The translations under genes were made by a program, and so were the position numbers. This document shows positions 22,466 to 32,403 of a stretch of DNA of 64,000 nt, piece by piece (within the stretch, counting starts at the first letter, position 1; every line of letters begins with the position of its first letter). The DNA comes from Candidatus Dormiibacterota bacterium (GTDB taxonomy: Bacteria > Chloroflexota > Dormibacteria > Aeolococcales > Aeolococcaceae): positions 128,001 to 192,000 of the forward strand of contig CAVPXI010000023.1 in assembly GCA_963709585.1 (NCBI GenBank), read 5' to 3'. The notes under the pieces are model-generated. The model made no database searches. It was not told the origin of the DNA and was given only the letters and a program-made list of their open reading frames with translations.

Positions 22466-23008
22466 TCAGCCGCGAGGCGCCGGTTCCGGGAGGAGGCCGC
22501 TGGCGTCGACTGCCGCGAGCACCGCGGCAACCGATTCGTCGACGGTCTGGGTCCCGCTGTCGACGATCACGTCGGGTGCGTCCGGGGCCTCGTACGGATC
22601 CGAGATACCCGTGAAGTGGTCGATCTCGCCGGCAAGCGCGCGCTTGTACAGCCCCTTGACGTCGCGCTCCGAGAGCACGTCGATCGAGCAGCGGACGTAG
22701 ACCTCGACGAAGCGGCCGACGCGCCTGCGCACCTCCGCGCGAGTGTCCTTGTACGGGGAGATGGCCGCGGTGATGGCGACGACGCCGTTGCGGGTGAGCA
22801 GCTCCGCGACGAACCCGATGCGCCGGATGTTGATATCGCGATCCTCTTTGCTGAACCCGAGCCCGGCACTGAGGGTCTGACGGACCTCATCGCCGTCGAG
22901 CACCTCGACGCGCAGGCCGCGGGCACGCAGCTCGGTCGCGATGCGCTGACCGATCGTCGACTTGCCGGCACCGGACAGACCGGTGAACCAGATCGTAAGA
23001 CCGCTCAT
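22466..23008 (-). CDS. cysC: Adenylyl-sulfate (APS) kinase
   Basis: Motifs IWFTGLSGAGKST, LDGDEVR, RDVKGLY and FTGISDPYEAP. Confidence 0.96.
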   Translation of the reverse strand: MSGLTIWFTGLSGAGKSTIGQRIATELRARGLRVEVLDGDEVRQTLSAGLGFSKEDRDINIRRIGFVAELLTRNGVVAITAAISPYKDTRAEVRRRVGRFVEVYVRCSIDVLSERDVKGLYKRALAGEIDHFTGISDPYEAPDAPDVIVDSGTQTVDESVAAVLAAVDASGLLPEPAPRG

Positions 23009-24207
23009 CCAGCGATCGGTGCGGCGACAGCGTAGGCCGCGCGGAGGATTTCGGCGACCTCGGGCCTGGTGAATTCGTGCGGTATCGGGTCGCCGCGGGT
23101 GAGCATCTCGCGAACCCGGGTCCCGCTCAGGATCACGCGATCGTCGGCGCCGTGCGGGCACGTCTTGGTGCTGGCCATGCTCTCGCACGCCCGGCAGTAG
23201 AAGGAGTGCTCGAACTTGTACGCCGCGAAGCCGAGACGTTCCGCACCGCCGAGCTCGTCGAAGAGCGTCTGGGCGTCGTAGGTACCGTAGTAGTTGCCGA
23301 CCCCGGCCGCGTCGCGGCCGATGATGAAGTGGGTGCAGCCGTAGTTGCGGCGCACCAGGCCGTGGTAGATCGCCTCGCGGGGTCCCGCGTAGCGCATCGC
23401 GCCCGGGAAGACCCCCAGCACCACGCGGTTCGGCGGGTAATAGCCGTCCAGCAACACGCGGTAGCACTGCATCCGGACGTCGAAGGGAACGTCGTCGCCC
23501 TTGGTGACACCCGACAGGGGGTGGAGCAACAGTCCGTCGACCTGCTCGAGCGCGACCTTCGTCAGGTACTCGTGAGCGCGATGCACGGGATTGCGAGTCT
23601 GGAATCCGACCACGGTCGACCAGCCACGATCGGCGAGCGCCGCGCGCGTCTCCGCGGGAGTTGACGGCACATCGCCGGAGGGCTGCGCCGCGACCCGCAC
23701 CGGGCCGGCGACCACCGTCGGTCCCTGCGCGAACAGGGCGGCGACACCCGGGTGCGCCTGGTCGTTGGTCCGGTACACCTCGCGTGCCTCGGCGTCGAGG
23801 TCTCGATCGTAGATCTCGGTCACCGTGAGCGAGCCGAGCAGACGATCGTCGGCGTCGCGAAGGGAGACGACCGCGCCCTCGCGGAGTTTCCGCCCGTGCT
23901 CACCGGCAGGGAGCGTGACCGGGAGCGTCCACACCGTTCCATCGCCGAGCTCGGCGTGCTCGACAACGCTCTCGTAGTCGCTGCGTCCCTGGAAGCCGTT
24001 GAGCGGCGAGTAGGCTCCGCTGCCCAGGAGCCCGAGGTCTGCGGACGCAGTCTCCGAGATACGCAGTGAGGTGAGGTCGCCGGCGCGCGCGCTGAACTCA
24101 GCAAGCTCGTCTCGGGTCATCAACAGATCGACCAGCGCTCCCCCGAGCGGTGAGACGAGGGTTGCCTCTTTCTCTGCCACTCGGGGCTCGCGTGATTCCA
24201 GGGTCAT
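23005..24207 (-). CDS. sat: Sulfate adenylyltransferase (Sat type)
   Basis: Motifs GAYSPLNGF, FQTRNPVHRAHE, MRYAGPREA and HFIIGRD. Confidence 0.96.
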   Translation of the reverse strand: MTLESREPRVAEKEATLVSPLGGALVDLLMTRDELAEFSARAGDLTSLRISETASADLGLLGSGAYSPLNGFQGRSDYESVVEHAELGDGTVWTLPVTLPAGEHGRKLREGAVVSLRDADDRLLGSLTVTEIYDRDLDAEAREVYRTNDQAHPGVAALFAQGPTVVAGPVRVAAQPSGDVPSTPAETRAALADRGWSTVVGFQTRNPVHRAHEYLTKVALEQVDGLLLHPLSGVTKGDDVPFDVRMQCYRVLLDGYYPPNRVVLGVFPGAMRYAGPREAIYHGLVRRNYGCTHFIIGRDAAGVGNYYGTYDAQTLFDELGGAERLGFAAYKFEHSFYCRACESMASTKTCPHGADDRVILSGTRVREMLTRGDPIPHEFTRPEVAEILRAAYAVAAPIAG

Positions 24208-24351
24208 CCAGGTCAGTCTACCGGGTGCACCCCTCCGCACAACCCTGCGTCCCATTGCCGCGGGCAATCAGTCGCGAGAATTCACTCGTTGGACATACTC
24301 TCGTTACATCGTGTTTGAACGAAGCAGTCTGGCCCTACACTCGTAAAGGAC

Positions 24352-26484
24352 GTGCCTATCACCGACCTCATGGCCCGTGTGGAGTACCTCCCGGTGGAGG
24401 ATCGAACGTCCATCCGGCGCGCCTTCGATGTGGCCGATCGCGCCCACGCGGGACAGTCCCGGCTCACCGGCGAGCCGTACATCGAGCATCCCCTCGCGGT
24501 GGCGGGCATCCTCGCCGACCTTCGACTCGACCCGGAGACGCTGATGGCCGCGCTCCTGCACGACACCGTCGAGGACACCGAGGTGACGCGCGAAGAGGTG
24601 CGACAACTCTTCGGCGACCAGGTCGCGAAGCTGGTCGACGGAGTGACCAAGCTCGGCAAGATCCACGTGCGCAGCGCCGAGGAGCACCAGGCCGAGAACA
24701 TCCGAAAAATGCTGGTGGCGATGGCCGAGGACGTGCGCGTCGTGCTCATCAAGCTCGGCGACCGCCTCCACAACATGCGCACGATCAGCGCGCACACCAC
24801 CGAGCGCCGGCTTCGCATCAGCCGCGAGACCCTGGACATCTATGCGCCGCTGGCACATCGCCTCGGCATCTGGGAGATCAAGGGGGAACTCGAGGACCTG
24901 GCATTCGTGCAACTCGACCCCGACAACTACCACCTGATCGAAGCCCGGTTGGCGAGCACCCGCGAGCAACGGGACGCTTTCGTACGCGATGTGACCGAGA
25001 TCCTCGGGCGCGAGTTCGCTCCGCTGGGCATGGAGGCGGAGATCGCCGGCCGTACCAAGCACACCTACAGCATCCACGAGAAGATGCTCCGCGGTCAGAA
25101 GGAATTCGGCGAGATCTACGACATTATCGCCATCCGCGTGCTCGTGGACTCCATCAAGGACTGCTACGGCGCGCTCGGAGTCGTGCATTCGCTCTGGAAG
25201 CCCCTGCCGGGCCGGTTCAAGGACTACATCGCGATGCCCAAGGGCAACGGCTATCAGTCGCTGCACACCACGGTGCTGTCCCACACCGGCGAGCCGATGG
25301 AGGTGCAGATCCGCACCCAGGACATGCACGAGACCTCGGAGTACGAAGTCGCGGCGCACTGGCGATACAAGGGCGGACAGGACGGGGCGAAAATCGACGA
25401 ACGCTTCACGTGGCTGCGCCTCCTGATGGACTGGCAGAAGGAGGTGCTCGACGCCGAGGCTTTCGTCAACACCGTCAAGGTCGACATCTTCCAGGACGAG
25501 GTGTTCGTGTTCACGCCGCGCGGCGACGTTCGCTCGCTGCCCCAGGGGTCGACCCCGGTGGACTTCGCATATCGCATCCACACCGACGTCGGGCACAGCT
25601 GTATCGGCGCGAAGGTCAATGGACGGATGGTGCCGCTCGATCATCGCCTCGAGAACGGCGAGATCGTGGAGGTGCTCACCACCAAGGCGCCGCACGGACC
25701 CTCGCGCGACTGGCTGAACTTCGTGAAGACGTCGAGCGCGCGGGAGAAGATCCGCCAGTGGTTCAAGCGCGAACGCCGCGACGAGAATATCCAGAAGGGA
25801 AGGGAGATGCTGGACAAGGAGTTCCGGCGCCTCCGCCAGATGTCACTGAGCGGCGTGAAGGACGATCAGCTCCTGGAGCTCGCACAGGAATTCAAGATCG
25901 CGACCATCGACGACTTCGTCGCCGCCATCGGGTACGGCGACATCAGCGCGCGCAGCGCCGTGCTCAAGTTCGGCGCCGACGAACAGCAGTCTGACGACGA
26001 CCGCATCCTCGGCATCCCGCTCACGAGCACCCCGGCGCCGACCGGGACGGTGCGTGTGCACGGACACGTCGACATGCTCACCACCCTGGCGCACTGCTGC
26101 AAGCCGGTGGCGGGCGATGCGATCCGCGGTTATGTCACCCGGGGGAAGGGCGTCACCGTGCACCGCGCCGACTGCGTGAACGTGCGCAACGCCGGCGACG
26201 TGGAGCGCATCGTCGACGTCGAGTGGGAGACCGGAGCGCGCCAGGTCTTCCCGGTGAGCATCAAGATCGAAGCCTGGGACCGCACCGGGCTGCTCCGCGA
26301 CATTGCCGCCGTCATCGCCGAATCGAAGATCAACCTGAGCGGCGCGGACGTGCAGGTCTACGACGACAAGACCGCGGTGATCAGCACCATCGTCGAGATC
26401 CAAAACCTCTCGCAGCTGAGCCGCCTCCTGGAGCGCCTCGAGTCGGTTCGCGACGTCCACACCGTCGCCCGCGACACGGTCTGA
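24352..26484 (+). CDS. relA: Bifunctional (p)ppGpp synthetase/hydrolase Rel
   Basis: Intact HD motif LLHDTVEDT, synthetase RFKDYIAMPKGNGYQSLHT, TGS domain, CCKPVAGD and C-terminal ACT. Confidence 0.96.
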   Translation: MPITDLMARVEYLPVEDRTSIRRAFDVADRAHAGQSRLTGEPYIEHPLAVAGILADLRLDPETLMAALLHDTVEDTEVTREEVRQLFGDQVAKLVDGVTKLGKIHVRSAEEHQAENIRKMLVAMAEDVRVVLIKLGDRLHNMRTISAHTTERRLRISRETLDIYAPLAHRLGIWEIKGELEDLAFVQLDPDNYHLIEARLASTREQRDAFVRDVTEILGREFAPLGMEAEIAGRTKHTYSIHEKMLRGQKEFGEIYDIIAIRVLVDSIKDCYGALGVVHSLWKPLPGRFKDYIAMPKGNGYQSLHTTVLSHTGEPMEVQIRTQDMHETSEYEVAAHWRYKGGQDGAKIDERFTWLRLLMDWQKEVLDAEAFVNTVKVDIFQDEVFVFTPRGDVRSLPQGSTPVDFAYRIHTDVGHSCIGAKVNGRMVPLDHRLENGEIVEVLTTKAPHGPSRDWLNFVKTSSAREKIRQWFKRERRDENIQKGREMLDKEFRRLRQMSLSGVKDDQLLELAQEFKIATIDDFVAAIGYGDISARSAVLKFGADEQQSDDDRILGIPLTSTPAPTGTVRVHGHVDMLTTLAHCCKPVAGDAIRGYVTRGKGVTVHRADCVNVRNAGDVERIVDVEWETGARQVFPVSIKIEAWDRTGLLRDIAAVIAESKINLSGADVQVYDDKTAVISTIVEIQNLSQLSRLLERLESVRDVHTVARDTV

Positions 26485-26598
26485 ACCTTTTCACGGGGGA
26501 TGCCTCGAGCGAGAGCGCTCCCGCCTGCACGGCGGTTATCGACTTACACCACAACCTGGGACTTGACCACTGCGCAGGCTTGTGGAAGATTCCGGTTG

Positions 26599-27169
26599 GT
26601 GGGCATTGCTTACAGGATCAGGGCTCTCGACAAGTCGACCTGGCCAGCGTTCGCGGCGCTCGTCGAACGCAACAACGAAGTCTTCGGCGGATGCTGGTGC
26701 ATCGGCTTCCATCCGGAGGGCGGTGGCCGGAACGCACCGGTTCTCAACCGAGAGCGCAAGCACGACCGCGTCCGCGCTGGATCCGCCCATGCGGCGCTAG
26801 TCTTCGACGGTGCCGACTGCGTCGGCTGGTGCCAGTTCGGTAGACCCAACGAAGTGCCACGGATCAAGAATCGAGCCGTTTACGAGAAGGAAGCGATCGC
26901 GTTGCCAGATTGGCGAATCGCCTGTTGCTTTGTGGGCAAAGGTCACCGGCGCCAGGGTGTCTCCGCAGCGGCTCTCTCCGGGGCCCTCGACCTCATCGCG
27001 TCCCTCGGCGGTGGAAGTGTCGAGGGCTATCCCGAAGAAGCCAGCTTCGGTACCCGCCGGCTTTCTCTTCAACGGCGCGCTGTCGACCTACGAACAGCTC
27101 GGGTTCGCGCGTGACCGCAAAATTGGCAAGCACCGCTGGGTGGTCTCCAAGGTCGTGGAAGCGTCGTAG
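26599..27169 (+). CDS. GNAT family N-acetyltransferase, frameshifted near 27045 (probably a sequencing indel)
   Basis: GGCWC...VGWCQFG...WRIACCFV...HRRQGVS lies in one frame. The continuation SVPAGFLFNGALSTYEQLGF lies in the next frame. Confidence 0.8.
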
Positions 27170-27231
27170 CTGGTTGCGGACGGGGACGGCCTCAAGTCCG
27201 ACTGGATGGAGCGCCTCCTACCTCAGAGCTT

Positions 27232-27801
27232 TCACGCCCCGCACCACAGCTCTAAAGTCGCTGCTCCCGTCGGCGCACCATTACCGTTCTGCGGCGACTT
27301 ACGACCCCGCTTCCGTGGCCGATTACGCCGCTGCTCCCACGAGGGCGCCATCCGGATGAGAAGTGCACCTTCGATCGCCATCACATCACAGGCAGCCGTG
27401 GCAGCGAGGAAGACATAGCGCATGTCGGAGGTTCCGATCAGACCATTGAACATCAGCGGGTATATCGCACATGCAGTAGCTATCAGCAGCCAGCCAAGGA
27501 CCCAGACACGCAACGGTACCGGCGATGCTGAGGCCCCCACTTCTCGGGGAACGAGGCGTCTGCGCGTCGGTGCGGCGATCAGCAGAATCGGGTAACTCGC
27601 GACAACAGCAGCGGTCAAGAGCGGCCCGTTGGTAAGCTCGAACGCGACGGTGAACCCGACGAAGAGCACCAGCACGCCCAGGAGCAGGACGTCGCCCGGC
27701 CAGTAGCGAACACCCGCGTCCCAGCGAGGGATTACTGTGCCCAGAGGGAACGAATCCCAGCGGGGTGGCCTTTGTTGCCCCAGCTTCCCAAATTCCTTCA
27801 T
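27232..27801 (-). CDS. Hypothetical membrane protein (about 4 TM), lower GC
   Basis: Four hydrophobic segments; no family recognised. Confidence 0.55.
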   Translation of the reverse strand: MKEFGKLGQQRPPRWDSFPLGTVIPRWDAGVRYWPGDVLLLGVLVLFVGFTVAFELTNGPLLTAAVVASYPILLIAAPTRRRLVPREVGASASPVPLRVWVLGWLLIATACAIYPLMFNGLIGTSDMRYVFLAATAACDVMAIEGALLIRMAPSWEQRRNRPRKRGRKSPQNGNGAPTGAATLELWCGA

Positions 27802-27959
27802 GGCCCGCTGAACGATAGCTCACCATTAGGGACGAAAAGGCTCCGAGGCGGCGTCGCCATTCGGGTACGGCACACTCGCCGGTACTGCGTCACCGTGAAG
27901 CGGCGGCCCGTTTCGGGCGCGTCACCTCAGATCCTCGCGGTGCCTTTAGGGTCGGTCAG

Positions 27960-28226
27960 ATGACCTCAGGAGAGGGGACCGCACTTCCAGATTCAGTTGC
28001 ACCCACGCCCCCGAACAGCCTGACGCCCGATGGACGGTTCTTCTTTGACGGCCATCAATGGCAGGCGGTGCCACTGCCCCCCGAGGTGACTAGGCCACGG
28101 CGCCGGATGCGATCAAAGTTACTCATCTGGGTTCTCATTGGCCTCGCAGCTATCGTGGCGGGCGCGATCGTCTCCGAAATTATCGTCACTATCGGATTGG
28201 TCGCCACTCACGAGCTCCCCCACTAG
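27960..28226 (+). CDS. Small membrane protein with a DUF2510-like aromatic motif
   Basis: LTPDGRFFFDGHQW followed by a Pro/Arg linker and one TM helix. Confidence 0.6.
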   Translation: MTSGEGTALPDSVAPTPPNSLTPDGRFFFDGHQWQAVPLPPEVTRPRRRMRSKLLIWVLIGLAAIVAGAIVSEIIVTIGLVATHELPH

Positions 28227-28384
28227 CTTCAAGTACGGCGACGATCTCCTCGAACTTCCAGACCTGATAAGCAGCGTGCCTGGAAGTGTTAGGCAGATAT
28301 GAGCGTTGTTGGGCGCCCAACGGCGATCGTACTGTTATCTATCGGCGCTGAGGGCTTCGGGCACCATCCGCTGTCGTCAGTAGC

Positions 28385-29036
28385 CTATCGCTTCGTGGTG
28401 AACCGGACGACGTTGCTGCCATTGCATACCCATGAATAGGTGGCTCCGTTCGCACTCTCTGTGCCAGTTGTGACGCTGGAATTAGATGAACCCGAACCCG
28501 AACCCGAAACCGAGACGGAAACGCCCGCGCCGTTCGCAAACCAGGCCCACACCGGGATTGCGCTGCTGCTGCCACCAGACATGCACTCGACAACTGGACC
28601 GCCGAGGAATATCAGAAGAAAGAGCGGAACGAGCCCGATCGTCAGCAGCAATCCTGGTGCTCCCACACTCTGGTCGGCGGGGATTCGACCGAGTCCCCGG
28701 CGCACAGCACGCACGGAGATGAGTATCAGCAGGATGAGGAGCAGTGGGACGGTGATAACGAACAACTCGAGAACTCGCCACGAGCAGAACGCCCGTCACG
28801 GCTGGCGCCAACCAGGGGGTTATCCGCCCGCGGCGGACCGCGATCGCGCCCCCGATCACCGTCAGCGCTACGCAGATCGCGGCGACAGCGACAACCCATA
28901 TGGGCATGATGTACGCCGGTTGTCTGGACTCGGTGCCGAGAACGACGGCTGCGAGTGCTGCGAGCGCCGTCGTGCTCGCCGCCAGCGCAACGGAGGGCCA
29001 GCGGCGGCGCCGTCGAACCACTGGACCCTGACTCAC
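28385..29036 (-). CDS. Hypothetical multi-TM protein with a Ser/Gly-rich exported tail, frameshifted near 28773
   Basis: Two overlapping hydrophobic ORFs (28482-29036 and 28385-28765) join if one base is removed at GAACTC 28771-28776. The tail contains SVSVSGSGSGSS and a Cys pair. Confidence 0.55.
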
Positions 29037-29339
29037 ATGTTCATTGTGGCTCCATGCCAGGCGATGATTGCGCCTTCAAGGGGACATTTACGGATGCTCG
29101 CGTGGGCCAGATCTCGCGCCTTGAGTGATTCCCTACGCACTGCGCGCTGCGTCCGGGAACGATCCGAGTAACCGTGAGCCTGCAGAAGTAAGAACGTCAC
29201 GCGCGCGGCGCACTCTCGGTCGGCTTCGACTCACGGATATCTCCGGGTGTCGGCGACGCAAGCCTCGCTTCGCGCGCACTCGGGACTGGCGCCACTGGCC
29301 AGGACGGCGTGCGGAGATTCCCGCGAGGCCCCGAGGCTC

Positions 29340-30611
29340 CTATCCACCAACGGCGCGGTCTGGCGCTCGGATCCAGCTGCGATGAGTCCGCGAGGGCGGT
29401 ATCGCAAGGAGTTGCCGGCGCTCGACCCGGGCCAGCTGCCAGCCACCCTCATGGACCATCCAGTGATGGCGGTAGCAGAGCAGGACCAGATTGTCCACGT
29501 CGCTCCGGCCGCCGTGGCCCCAGTGCACCACGTGATGCGCACTGGTGAACGCCACCGGGCGATCACAGCCGGGCCATTCGCATCCACCGGACCGAACCCG
29601 AAGCGCCGCTCGGGCGGCAGGGCTTGGCAACCGGAGCGCGCGGCCGACGTCGATCACCGCGGAATCAGGTCCGAGAAGGACGCGGCGGACGCGGGCATCG
29701 CAGGCGAGCCGCTGCACGGTGGCGGCTGGAACAGCGCCGGCGAATTCCAGCTCGCCGCCAGGTGCTCCCTCCAGGCCCATCACCGTCTCGACCGAGGCGG
29801 TGAGCTGGAGGTGGGTGCGCGCCCCGCCCGTGGTCGGGATCGCTCCGAGGTCAAGGGCGTGGCTCGCGACCTCGACCAGCGCGTCGGCGAGGCGGCGGGG
29901 GAGCGGCCGGTCGTCGCCTGCGCCCGTGCGTCTGCTCAGCGGGAGCACCGCGGTCTTGATCGTGGCCGCCGCAATGGGGTCGAAGAAACCACGCATCGCC
30001 ATGAAGCCGCCCTCGCAGGGAATGAACTCGCAGCGGTTGCGCTCCGCGGCGGTCACGTGTTCCTCGAGAACTGCGGCCGCGTCGTGGACGTGGCGAGCGT
30101 GGTCACAGTCACGACCGAAGCGGCCGACCGAGTGCTCCCGGGCCAGCTCCAGCAGAGGGCCCTCATCGAAGCTGGGGGCGCCGACACGCGTGGGGTCATC
30201 CGTGCCGTCAGCGCTGGAGCTGGCGCCGACGGCACGAGCAACCCCCGCCAGCAGCGAAAAATGGGCGAAACCGATGTCCCCTGCGTCGAGCGCCGTGAGA
30301 CTGGCGGGGAGACGGCTCACCTGCTCTCCAGCCGCGACCGCCCTGGCAGCGGCGTTGCCGGACATGTGGCAGTGATGGCGGATCCAGTCGATCGGGGTGA
30401 CAGAGCCCTGGGCGTGGTACTCGTCGGTCGCCGCGAACGTGGCGGCATCGGACGCGAAGGCGAGCTCGAGGAGATCGATGCCATGTCGGAGCCGAACCAC
30501 GTGGTCCCCGAGCTCCGCCGGAGTCAGCTCCAGGGTCGGCACCTCGACAAAGTGCTGGATCGCCTCAATGAGCGTCTCCAGCGGGTTACGCATCGCCTCG
30601 GCACTACACAT
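29340..30611 (-). CDS. DUF222-domain HNH endonuclease (13E12-repeat-like family)
   Basis: Motifs RRLADALVE, VQRLACDA, IDVGRALR, RSGGCEWPGC and HHVVHWGHGGRSDVDNLVLLCYRHH. Confidence 0.9.
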   Translation of the reverse strand: MCSAEAMRNPLETLIEAIQHFVEVPTLELTPAELGDHVVRLRHGIDLLELAFASDAATFAATDEYHAQGSVTPIDWIRHHCHMSGNAAARAVAAGEQVSRLPASLTALDAGDIGFAHFSLLAGVARAVGASSSADGTDDPTRVGAPSFDEGPLLELAREHSVGRFGRDCDHARHVHDAAAVLEEHVTAAERNRCEFIPCEGGFMAMRGFFDPIAAATIKTAVLPLSRRTGAGDDRPLPRRLADALVEVASHALDLGAIPTTGGARTHLQLTASVETVMGLEGAPGGELEFAGAVPAATVQRLACDARVRRVLLGPDSAVIDVGRALRLPSPAARAALRVRSGGCEWPGCDRPVAFTSAHHVVHWGHGGRSDVDNLVLLCYRHHWMVHEGGWQLARVERRQLLAIPPSRTHRSWIRAPDRAVGG

Positions 30612-30617
30612 TTCTGT

Positions 30618-30636
30618 AGTATAGAACATATGTTCG
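30618..30636 (-). promoter_or_regulatory. LexA/SOS-type box (GAAC-N4-GTTC) overlapping the -10 of the DUF222-HNH gene
   Basis: The minus strand reads CGAACATATGTTCT (30636-30623), overlapping TATACT (30623-30618). ATG follows 6 nt downstream at 30611. Confidence 0.8.
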
Positions 30637-30737
30637 CGGCGCCGTCTCGCTTCTCGGTCCTGGACGCTGTGCCTCGGCAGCGCATCACGCCGCCCTCGCG
30701 ACAGTCATCTGTCGTATCCCCGGAGCAGCGTGCGCCC

Positions 30738-31079
30738 ATGGAAGCTGACGCACGCATCCGCCTACTGGAACACGCCGCCTTCGAGTTGCTCGAATCTGAG
30801 ACCAATGGATCGCTGGTGCTCGGAGTCAGGGGAAGCGACTGCGAGCCAATCGTGATCACCGCGCTGGGATGCAGCGTTCTGGTCGGAGTCGGGCACCAAT
30901 CGTCGATTCTGATGGCGATTTCCCCGCTGAGCCACGACGGCAAGTCCGGTCCGCGAGCGCTCGCGGAGGGCTGCGATCGCACGCTCAGGATGGTGCACGA
31001 CCTCCCGTCTGAGTTCGCACCGACACTCCGCTTTACAGACCCCGTGAACGCCACGCGGTTTCCCGAATGGCTCCGCTGA
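30738..31079 (+). CDS. Hypothetical protein (113 aa)
   Basis: ATG at 30738 with GGAG upstream. It has a globular-looking composition and fills the gap before hisS. Confidence 0.5.
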   Translation: MEADARIRLLEHAAFELLESETNGSLVLGVRGSDCEPIVITALGCSVLVGVGHQSSILMAISPLSHDGKSGPRALAEGCDRTLRMVHDLPSEFAPTLRFTDPVNATRFPEWLR

Positions 31080-31131
31080 AGTCCAGCCCTCACGGGGCGC
31101 TCCAGCCGCAAGCCCGTACACTCGGACGCCA

Positions 31132-32403
31132 ATGCCCGAGATCGCAGCGCCACGAGGAACGCGCGACGTCCTGCCCGACGAGTTTGCTGCTCGCCGATGG
31201 CTGCTCGACGCCCACCGCGCGGTCGTGGAGTCCTTTGGATACCGCGCGATCGAGACGCCGATCATCGAGGCGACCGAGTTGTTCAGCCGCGGGGTCGGCA
31301 CCGACACCGACATCGTGGAGAAGCAGATGTTCACCTTCGAGGATCGCGGCGGACGCTCGCTCACGCTCCGGCCGGAGGGGACGGCGGGCTCGCTCCGCGC
31401 GGTGCTGGGCGCGCACCTCGACCAGGAGGTGCGCCCGGTGCGGGTGCACTACGCGGGGCCGTTCTTCCGTGCGGAACGCCCCCAGGCAGGACGCCAGCAT
31501 CAGTTCACGCAGGTCGGCATCGAGTGCATCGGGGAGGGCTCGCCGGCGCTGGACGCCGAGATCGTGGAGGTCGCGTGGCGCTTCTTTGCAGCGCTCGGTG
31601 TCGCCGGGATCCAACTCCAGGTCAACTCGCTGGGCGGCCCCGAGGATCGGGCTCGTTACCGCGCCGCGCTGGTCGAGTACTACACCCCACTGGAGGCGTC
31701 ACTGTGCGACGACTGCCGGCGTCGCCTGCACACCAACCCGCTCCGGCTCCTCGACTGCAAGCGCGACGCCGGGCTGGTCGCGGCCGCGCCGCTGCTCTGG
31801 GATTCCCTCGACAGCGCGAGCCGTGACCACTTCACCGCCGTGCTTCGCGATCTCGAGGCAGCCGGAATCGACGCGATCCGCAATGACCGGCTGGTGCGCG
31901 GGCTCGACTACTACAGCCACACCGTCTTCGAGTTCTGGCACGACACCCTCCAGGGAGCGCAGAGCTCCCTCGGTGGGGGAGGCCGCTACGACGGTCTTGC
32001 CGAGCTGCTCGGCTTCCCGGCAACGCCGGCGACCGGCTACGCCCTCGGGGTCGAGCGGATCCTGATGGTTGCCCGCACTCTGGGAACCGTTCCCGGGGTT
32101 GAGCCCGCCGCCGAGGTGCTGGTCTGCTCGGTGGAACCCGGTCAGGCGGCAGTGGCTGCGGCCATTGCGCGCCTGCTCCGCGACGCCAAGGCACGCACCA
32201 TCCTCGACGTGTCCGACCGGAGACTCGATCGCAAGTTACGCGGCGCAAGCCGCGTCGGCGCGCGGGTTGCGGTCATCATTGGCGAGAACGAAGTGGCCGG
32301 CGAGAGCGCCGTGGTGCGCGACCTCGACGGCCGCAGCCAGCAGACGGTCCCGACCACCGAGCTCGCCGCCACCGTCACACGCATCCTCGAAGGCGGGTCG
32401 TGA
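31132..32403 (+). CDS. hisS: Histidine--tRNA ligase
   Basis: Motifs PRGTRD, LRPEGTAG, FRAERPQAGR, LVRGLDYY and GGGRYDGL. Confidence 0.97.
   Translation: MPEIAAPRGTRDVLPDEFAARRWLLDAHRAVVESFGYRAIETPIIEATELFSRGVGTDTDIVEKQMFTFEDRGGRSLTLRPEGTAGSLRAVLGAHLDQEVRPVRVHYAGPFFRAERPQAGRQHQFTQVGIECIGEGSPALDAEIVEVAWRFFAALGVAGIQLQVNSLGGPEDRARYRAALVEYYTPLEASLCDDCRRRLHTNPLRLLDCKRDAGLVAAAPLLWDSLDSASRDHFTAVLRDLEAAGIDAIRNDRLVRGLDYYSHTVFEFWHDTLQGAQSSLGGGGRYDGLAELLGFPATPATGYALGVERILMVARTLGTVPGVEPAAEVLVCSVEPGQAAVAAAIARLLRDAKARTILDVSDRRLDRKLRGASRVGARVAVIIGENEVAGESAVVRDLDGRSQQTVPTTELAATVTRILEGGS

Noticed and set aside
28485-28525. GAACCC hexamer repeat
   Set aside because: It encodes a Ser-Gly linker on the minus strand and is too short to be an array or contingency locus.
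29247-31079. 610-aa plus-strand ORF
   Set aside because: It is mostly the antisense shadow of the DUF222-HNH gene. Only the last 113 codons (from 30738) look like a real gene.
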